Virus record (IMG/VR): IMGVR_UViG_3300032218_002135
Coordinates: 1-28,931 of that record
Strand: one strand, 5' to 3'
Length of the DNA stretch: 28,931 bases
Origin: a virus
Taxonomy: Duplodnaviria > Caudoviricetes
Numbering within the stretch: position 1 is the first letter of the stretch; every line of letters starts with the position of its first letter. Below, piece after piece: positions 22,916 to 28,931 of the stretch. The translations under genes were made by a program, and so were the position numbers. Under the pieces are notes generated by a model, which saw only the letters and a program-made list of their open reading frames with translations, had not been told where the DNA came from and did no database searches.

Positions 22916-23536
22916 TTATCTGAGTCCGGCAATCCTTAACATTGCCAATAATTCTGCATTTTCGTTAGTAAATGCTCGTTTATTCAATTCAGCTTGGTTA
23001 GGATTAGTTTGAACACCGAACGCCTTTGCTGTGGTATCGGCTTGCGCCTTTTCTTCTGGAGATGCATCAGGTGCGCCATTAGGCTCGGTATCATTATAAC
23101 CTTGTCTTGCCATTTTTTTAGCATATTCATAACGAGCATTCATTTGAGGAGTCATTGACGAATCATAATTTCGATAAGTTGAACTAACCCCGTATCCACC
23201 ACGTGCTTTCTGTTGGCCTTCCCATCGTATTTGATTTTGCAACTCTGTCTTGTCAGGATCCGGAATAAAACTTGGATCTGTTTTATATGATACAAACACT
23301 CTATCGTTAGAATCTTCCCAACCTTTTGTCCCAGCAGATTTTGCCGCAGTGCCCGATGCCGCAGGCGATACTGAAGCAGACTTGTTAGAAGTTGAAGGAG
23401 CAGTACCGGCTAAAGCATCGCTGACTGCTTTAGCTGTATACTGTCCCCAAATGCCGTCATCTTTGGTTGGGCCTAAATCGTAGCCTTTGGCCATAAGACT
23501 TTGTTGTATTTTTTTAAGATTTGCGTCGAATGCCAT
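22916..23536 (-). CDS. Peptidoglycan-binding-domain (PG_binding_1-like) virion protein (206 aa)
   Basis: IQQSLMAKGYDLGPTKDDGIWGQYTAKAV matches the PG-binding consensus; C-terminal MLRIAGLR. Confidence 0.8.
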   Translation of the reverse strand: MAFDANLKKIQQSLMAKGYDLGPTKDDGIWGQYTAKAVSDALAGTAPSTSNKSASVSPAASGTAAKSAGTKGWEDSNDRVFVSYKTDPSFIPDPDKTELQNQIRWEGQQKARGGYGVSSTYRNYDSSMTPQMNARYEYAKKMARQGYNDTEPNGAPDASPEEKAQADTTAKAFGVQTNPNQAELNKRAFTNENAELLAMLRIAGLR

Positions 23537-23537
23537 A

Positions 23538-24320
23538 TTAAATCCTTGCTAACTGAATAATACGTACTAGAGCTTGACCCTCGGTGTAACCAACGGTTTC
23601 GGCCATATTACTTACACTAGGAGTGCCGGCGCTCATTGTGCCTGCTGGTGCTTCGGACGACGAAGGTACAGGCGCCGGTGTTGGCGTCGGTGCTGTTGAA
23701 GGTGCCGCCGCAGGTGCCGCATTTTTAACAATGTTCCAAAGATTATCGCCTTGTTTAACATCATATGTTGAACCATCTGGCATCTTAAGTTTTTGACCAA
23801 CTGCAATTTTATTTGGATCTTTAATATTATTAAACTTAGCAAGATCTTGTACGCCTTTGGATATTTCTTGATTAGTTTTTGGTTTATTAACTTGTCCGGA
23901 TTGTGCAGGTGTTGCCGCAGGTGTTGCCGCAGGTGTTGCCGCTACTGCTGGCTCAGCGGGCGGTAATGGTGTTGCCTGTACCGGTGTAGGTTCTGCTACG
24001 GGAGTTGCAACAGCTACAGGTTCTTCTGGTTTAGGTGCTTCTGGCGCAGTTGCAACAGGAGCAGTTGGCTTAGTATCTGCTTGCGGGCCTCCGGGCTGTC
24101 CCGGTGGCGGAGTTGATCCTGATCCAACTTGTTGACCGCTACTTGATCTTATTGGGTTACCACTGCTATCAGTCCAACCACCCTGTACTGTTTTTGGTGC
24201 ATTAGCAGTAAATGATGCGCCGCTTGGTGTAGTATACTGCTGTGTTGGCGGAACCGAACCGTCTGGGTTTAATGTTACTTTTTCTGTAACGATTGTGATA
24301 TAGTCTCTTATTGATCTCAT
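23538..24320 (-). CDS. LysM-containing Pro/Ala/Thr-rich protein (260 aa)
   Basis: LAKFNNIKDPNKIAVGQKLKMP plus YDVKQGDNLWNI, between low-complexity linkers. Confidence 0.82.
   Translation of the reverse strand: MRSIRDYITIVTEKVTLNPDGSVPPTQQYTTPSGASFTANAPKTVQGGWTDSSGNPIRSSSGQQVGSGSTPPPGQPGGPQADTKPTAPVATAPEAPKPEEPVAVATPVAEPTPVQATPLPPAEPAVAATPAATPAATPAQSGQVNKPKTNQEISKGVQDLAKFNNIKDPNKIAVGQKLKMPDGSTYDVKQGDNLWNIVKNAAPAAAPSTAPTPTPAPVPSSSEAPAGTMSAGTPSVSNMAETVGYTEGQALVRIIQLARI
23905..23940. repeat. Tandem repeat 3 x 12 bp (GCAGGTGTTGCC) encoding (AATP)n
   Basis: Three perfect copies at 23905, 23917, 23929. Confidence 0.9.
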
Positions 24321-26713
24321 TTTTTAATCCCTGCAACTTTTAACATTTGTGCTAGTTCATTATTTGGACCAGCTGGAATTTTATCCTGTATTCCTTTCAT
24401 CATACTGCCAACATGTGTTTGTATTTGAGGGCCTAAGTTATCGATATCTAACTCATCACCTTCGTCACCATCAACGGTTGGTAGCCTAGGCATTTGTATG
24501 CCAGCATTTTTCATCATTTGCTTAAAAGCACTCATTTGACTAGCTTGTTTAGCATCTTTGGCCACTGGCGCTGGATTAGGTGCGTCAATGGTATCAGTAG
24601 CGGATGTTACCCCGTCTGTATCAGTAGCCAATGTTGATCCATCGTCAAATGTAGTTAGGTCAGATCCATCGTCAAATGTTTCTTCATCTACAGTATGCCC
24701 TACTCCTGCTAAACGTAAGATATCATGGTGCTGTTTAGTACTAGCGGGCGGATCAATCTTATCAATAAATGCAAACATAGATTTTAAGTCGCTTGGATTT
24801 GCACCAGGGAACTCTTTTTCTAGTTTGATTTTCATGCGTTCGCCACCAATAGTGAAGTTTCTTTCTTCTCTATTAAAGAATCCGCTCATAAACTTTTTCA
24901 TATCGTCTAGGTCGCTGGCTTCTTGTGTATCAAAACCGCACTCCATTGGAGTCATGCCACATTCTTCAATGGCATCATGTAATGTCATTTCTTTTCCGTT
25001 TACATTAAATCTTGTATCTAATGTTGCGCCTGCATCACGGGCTTTGGCAATAGCAGCCTGCATACCTCTGTTGCGTAATGCTTGTACACGGTCTCTAGGA
25101 TTTTTTGCTGGCTTTTTAAAATGTGGTTTTTCTTCAGCATCGTCAACATCCCATGGTGGGCTATCGTGGTCATGCCCTTCTGCCACAGGCGCTTGCTGAG
25201 GTGCCGGAGCTGCCGCAGTTGGTGCTGGGGGTGTAGGTTCTGCAGGGGCTGCTGGTGCAGCCGCAGTTGTTTGATCAGCAGATATTTCACCGCTGTCGGC
25301 GCCGCCGTTAAAGTCAATCATTTGTACAGTACGTGCCAGTTCTGGATCGTCTGAATGTTCTTTGGCCAGTTTAGTTAACTCTAATCGTACAGATTCTCTT
25401 GCATCAAGGCTTGGATCGGAATCTTTAAACTGATCTAAAAAGTTTGGATACTTTTGTGTGCTTGGGATCAACTTGCTTAATGTTGATATGAGATTAAGAC
25501 CGCCTTTAACTTCAGACTTAAAAATTTTATTAAGTTCGTCAACAGCTGAGTCTCTTACATCCGGGTTAGAATCAAAAATACCGTCGCCGTGTTCATTACT
25601 AGCATCTTGCTCAATAATGCCGCTCATAAACTCTTCAAGTTCTAGCTCTTCTGGCAATGTTGCGTCACTATATGTTTCGTATTGGGTGTCTTCTGTTTCC
25701 GACAATAGATCATCTGGGTTTAAATCAACTACTGGTAACTCTGACTCGTCTACCATTCTATAGATATAAGGGAATACGCTTTTTAGTTCTTCGTTGAATG
25801 TACGAATAGTTAAACGATCAACCCAGTCATTTAATAAATCTTCAGGTATAACTTGATCTTCTTTAGATTCAAATGATTCTGCAAACTGTTTGTAGTAATC
25901 TGATTTTTGTAAGTTATTGATTTCTTTCTTAATAGAATCAATTCGTTCCATTACCTTACTAGTAATAGGACCCATATTTTCTGACAGTTGTTCCTGACGG
26001 CCTACATAGTTTTTAAATTTACGTAACTGTGCAAGTTCTTCGCTTAGACTAGTGATATGTTTACCAATGCTGTCATAAGGTGTGCCGCCTGCTTTGATAT
26101 GTTCAGCTAATGCACGAGCACCATTAATATGACGTGCTGGGTAACGGAAACGTTCGCCGGCAGCATTTTCAATATAGATACTTTCAATGTGCATTGTTCT
26201 ACCTGCTGCCAAGGCAGTATTAACAGGTTGACTATGCTTAATAATAAGCTGTGCTTCGCCTAAGTCTTGATAACTAATTTTAGCTGAGCCATATAGTTTA
26301 CTTTCCATTATAGGGTCCATCGGTGGTTCTTCCTTACGTGTCGATTGAAAATGATAATCTCTTTTATCTAGTTCTGTTTTACCAGTTATAAAAGCATCAA
26401 ACTTTAATAATTTTCTTTTAGCAAATATTCTACAAGAACGCACAAACTTATCTAAGCTCGGGTGATTGCGGCCGTCTGCTTCAGGAGTCATGCTTATTTG
26501 TAGCACAACACCTTTCTTTTGATTTAACGATATTGTGATTGAAGCAATATCTTCGCCATTTCGAACAAACTTAAATTCAAAAAAGCGGGCTGTTGGAATG
26601 TCTTCTTCTTTACTTAAGACATCCCCGTGTTCATTTGCAAACTCGATATTAGGGAAACGAGTTTCTATTTTTCCGTAGAGTTCTGCGGCAATTTTATCTA
26701 AATTAGCGTCCAT
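24317..26713 (-). CDS. Large acidic protein downstream of terminase, probable head/virion protein (798 aa; start revised to 26713)
   Basis: TAAATA 4 nt before MDANLDK, directly after the terminase stop; globular-looking N-half, low-complexity C-half with ILRLAG/MLKVAG motifs. Confidence 0.75.
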   Translation of the reverse strand: MDANLDKIAAELYGKIETRFPNIEFANEHGDVLSKEEDIPTARFFEFKFVRNGEDIASITISLNQKKGVVLQISMTPEADGRNHPSLDKFVRSCRIFAKRKLLKFDAFITGKTELDKRDYHFQSTRKEEPPMDPIMESKLYGSAKISYQDLGEAQLIIKHSQPVNTALAAGRTMHIESIYIENAAGERFRYPARHINGARALAEHIKAGGTPYDSIGKHITSLSEELAQLRKFKNYVGRQEQLSENMGPITSKVMERIDSIKKEINNLQKSDYYKQFAESFESKEDQVIPEDLLNDWVDRLTIRTFNEELKSVFPYIYRMVDESELPVVDLNPDDLLSETEDTQYETYSDATLPEELELEEFMSGIIEQDASNEHGDGIFDSNPDVRDSAVDELNKIFKSEVKGGLNLISTLSKLIPSTQKYPNFLDQFKDSDPSLDARESVRLELTKLAKEHSDDPELARTVQMIDFNGGADSGEISADQTTAAAPAAPAEPTPPAPTAAAPAPQQAPVAEGHDHDSPPWDVDDAEEKPHFKKPAKNPRDRVQALRNRGMQAAIAKARDAGATLDTRFNVNGKEMTLHDAIEECGMTPMECGFDTQEASDLDDMKKFMSGFFNREERNFTIGGERMKIKLEKEFPGANPSDLKSMFAFIDKIDPPASTKQHHDILRLAGVGHTVDEETFDDGSDLTTFDDGSTLATDTDGVTSATDTIDAPNPAPVAKDAKQASQMSAFKQMMKNAGIQMPRLPTVDGDEGDELDIDNLGPQIQTHVGSMMKGIQDKIPAGPNNELAQMLKVAGIKK

Positions 26714-26723
26714 GTTATATTTA

Positions 26724-28319
26724 TCAGAGATTAGTTGAAACGAATATTGGCATCGGAGCATCCCATTCGTCGTCAAGGCTATTTTCAATGCTTAATGTGT
26801 CAAAAACCCTAGGATCCCATTCGGCTAGCATAACACTCATGCGTACTACTAGCAATAAAGACGATACTAGGTCGTCGTGCTGACCAACTTTAGCTTTAAA
26901 TGTAATGCCCGCGGCAATAAAGGATTTTAGTTCACTTATCAGTGCCCTGCTGTTTATCTCCATCTTATTTTCTTCAATAAGATACTTTAGTCTAGCGCAT
27001 GCTGATATTTTATTACTGTATGTTGTATTAAATCCTTTACGAAACTTGCGTACATGCCCTTTTCGTATAGGTTCGCTGATAAACATTCCCGGAAATGTAT
27101 CTTCCCCTAGATCTTTAATAACAACCAATGCCGCTTCACCTACAGTGTTATTTTCAGTTGACCAATAGATATTATTGTTGTTTTCTGGGCCTATTTCATC
27201 TAAAATATATTTTAACACATCGCGAAATATCTTAACTTGTCCCTGTACTGGTGTTATGTTATGATGCCATTCGCCCACTTGTTTAAAACTAGGTAACTCA
27301 AAAATCTGTATAGCGGCAAAATCTCCACCAGTTCCTAGACTAGGATCTAAAGCTGCCAAATATAAGTTGCCCGGTTCAGGTTTTTTAAACCAGCGGACTT
27401 GTCCTGTTCTAGTAATGGGTTCTCTGCCAACCATCTCACTTAACTTGATACTGTTAACTAGTGTTTCGTCATAGACCAAGAATTCGCAACCGTATTCACG
27501 GCGGAAACGTTCTTCGCCAATACGACCCATCTCAGTCGATTTCCACTTTTCGTCTCGGTCTGGGTGCTCGTGCCACTCTGCACGGAAACCGTGGAATCCA
27601 TTCATGCCTAATCCGTCAAGCTGTTCATTACCAAACTCGTCAAATGTATGTTGACTTTCTTTCCAGATGATAGCAAACTCATCTTCGTCACTATTAGGAG
27701 TACTAGTAATAATCGCACGTCCACCAGTGGCTAGTGTTGGCGAAATTGAGGTCCAAAATTCAGTGGCGATATTAGGCTGTACAAATGCAAACTCATCACA
27801 ATAAAGTAATGATATTGACATACCACGACCAGTGTTGCCAGTTGTAGTAGCCGATACAATTCTTGATCCATTATCAAACTCGATGCTCCCTTTATTATAG
27901 TTTACTACTCCACAGCGTATATGATCCGGGCATAGTTCATATCCATAACGGATACGTTGCATAATTTCCTGTGAGCCTGTGTATTTGTGTGCGGCAACTA
28001 GAATAGTTTGGTCTGGATGGAACATGGCATACCATAATAGGTATGCTGACGCACAAGTTGTCTTACCGCTTTGACGCGGTAGCATATTAATATTAAAACG
28101 GAAATCGTGATAACTTTGTAATAATCTCTCTTGATACTCAAACGGTTTAAATAACAGTTTGCCCTGCACCGGGTGTTGTATGTAAAAGAAGTTTTTAGCA
28201 AAATATAAGTATCCGTTTTCGGGGTCAGCACACAGCAACAGATCTCGAACCTGTTGTTCTGTGAACTTTTCTTTGGTGTGTGCCTTTTTGGTTAAGACAC
28301 CATCTAAACTTTTTGCCAT
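26724..28319 (-). CDS. terL: Terminase large subunit (T4 gp17-like)
   Basis: PRQSGKT Walker A, LLYCDEFAF Walker B, ITSTPN, nuclease LDPS..G.DF and HDDLV; TAAATA 5 nt upstream. Confidence 0.96.
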   Translation of the reverse strand: MAKSLDGVLTKKAHTKEKFTEQQVRDLLLCADPENGYLYFAKNFFYIQHPVQGKLLFKPFEYQERLLQSYHDFRFNINMLPRQSGKTTCASAYLLWYAMFHPDQTILVAAHKYTGSQEIMQRIRYGYELCPDHIRCGVVNYNKGSIEFDNGSRIVSATTTGNTGRGMSISLLYCDEFAFVQPNIATEFWTSISPTLATGGRAIITSTPNSDEDEFAIIWKESQHTFDEFGNEQLDGLGMNGFHGFRAEWHEHPDRDEKWKSTEMGRIGEERFRREYGCEFLVYDETLVNSIKLSEMVGREPITRTGQVRWFKKPEPGNLYLAALDPSLGTGGDFAAIQIFELPSFKQVGEWHHNITPVQGQVKIFRDVLKYILDEIGPENNNNIYWSTENNTVGEAALVVIKDLGEDTFPGMFISEPIRKGHVRKFRKGFNTTYSNKISACARLKYLIEENKMEINSRALISELKSFIAAGITFKAKVGQHDDLVSSLLLVVRMSVMLAEWDPRVFDTLSIENSLDDEWDAPMPIFVSTNL

Positions 28320-28333
28320 AAACTTATTTACAT

Positions 28334-28360
28334 AAAAAAAGGGGCCGTTAAGCCCCTTTT
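28334..28360 (-). terminator. Intrinsic terminator upstream of terL
   Basis: AAAAGGGGC/GCCCCTTTT stem with T7 on the minus strand. Confidence 0.8.
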
Positions 28361-28378
28361 GAGTGTTATTGACAAGAG

Positions 28379-28906
28379 TTAATCTTGTAAACGACCTTGT
28401 CCTTCTTTGATTGACTGGTAGTGGCTAGCTAGACGTGCTACTAGCGATTCTTTAACTGCATAGGGATTTCCGCCGCCGTTAACTTTTTCTACTTCATTAC
28501 CGCCTTTACTGGCTAAATCATCGCCTGTTGGGGTAACTGCATCAATACCGGCTATGTGTTGTTCTGGAGATGTTGTAGCACTGCCAAACCCGCCGTCGTT
28601 CATTTCTTCTTCCATGTCGCCAATAATAATTTCTTGGCCGTCTGGTTCACCACCAAATAGTGTATCTGCATCGTGATGATGTTGTGCAGGTGCTGTACTA
28701 CCTTGCTCAATGTTTCTTAGAATGCCCATGAGTTCTTTGATGCCGCCTGCACCGCTAGCGTTCATGTTAACACTCATGCTAACTGAATCAGATTGCTTTG
28801 GTGACGACATCATGCCAGGCATTGGCATCATACCACACTCCTCTACCGGAGTGTCAACACCTTCGCTAATGGCGTGTATTTTTTTATATAAGTCTTGAAA
28901 GTTCAT
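28379..28906 (-). CDS. Hypothetical low-complexity protein, probable prohead/internal protein (175 aa)
   Basis: AAGGA RBS; MNFQDLYKKIHAISE N-terminus; several xxE/G-type sites. Confidence 0.75.
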   Translation of the reverse strand: MNFQDLYKKIHAISEGVDTPVEECGMMPMPGMMSSPKQSDSVSMSVNMNASGAGGIKELMGILRNIEQGSTAPAQHHHDADTLFGGEPDGQEIIIGDMEEEMNDGGFGSATTSPEQHIAGIDAVTPTGDDLASKGGNEVEKVNGGGNPYAVKESLVARLASHYQSIKEGQGRLQD

Positions 28907-28907
28907 G

Positions 28908-28931
28908 TTATTTTCCTTTTCTTGGATCTGG
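28908..28931 (-). CDS. 3' end of an upstream gene (partial, ...PDPRKGK*)
   Basis: Open frame from the window edge ending TAA one base before the next ATG. Confidence 0.4.
   Translation of the reverse strand, partial: PDPRKGK

Noticed and set aside
9090-28319. Inteins or introns in helicase, UvsW, UvsX or terminase
   Set aside because: Protein lengths are normal and no splice-junction or homing endonuclease motifs were seen
28369-28400. Plus-strand promoter from TTGACA at 28369
   Set aside because: No -10 hexamer at 16-18 bp spacing and no downstream plus-strand gene
665-28898. Many short antisense or alternate-frame ORFs in the track (e.g. 665..892, 1793..2041, 17263..17538, 24558..25199, 26905..27168)
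   Set aside because: Shadows of well-supported genes, with no motifs or initiation signals
1-28931. tRNA or rRNA genes
   Set aside because: No cloverleaf with a T-loop GTTCRA and acceptor stem was seen by eye in the intergenic gaps; tRNAscan-SE was not run

Overview
A 28.9-kb fragment of a large T4-like (myovirus-type) dsDNA phage genome, with no host genes, tRNAs or CRISPR arrays seen. (1) 1-2609: a plus-strand early region of small hypothetical genes and an AAA+ ATPase. Five of these genes have their own near-consensus sigma70 promoter (17-bp spacer), and they share an extended RBS, AAGGAGCGA(A). (2) 2611-2788: a structured, terminator-ended non-coding element. It displays two copies of GAUUCGCUCCCG in hairpin loops, and the core UUCGCUCC is the exact complement of that early RBS. 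This candidate phage anti-RBS small RNA is the main finding. (3) 3010-9093: accessory or late genes (peptide deformylase, a 20-aa peptide, SGNH hydrolase, HEXXH metallopeptidase-like protein, PrmC-like methyltransferase, GNAT-like protein, cupin oxygenase). (4) 9090-22763: a minus-strand replication/recombination module (helicase, carbamoyltransferase N-domain, primase, 189-aa mini-DnaE core, gp62-like, UvsW, UvsY, UvsX, gp32-like SSB). (5) 22916-28931: late virion/packaging genes (PG-binding protein, permuted-LysM protein, 798-aa protein, large terminase). At least ten replication and late genes look leaderless, with the ATG 4-8 nt after TATAAT or TAA(A/G)TA, so they would escape an anti-SD RNA. 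All calls come from reading motifs by eye; no database searches or folding programs were run.
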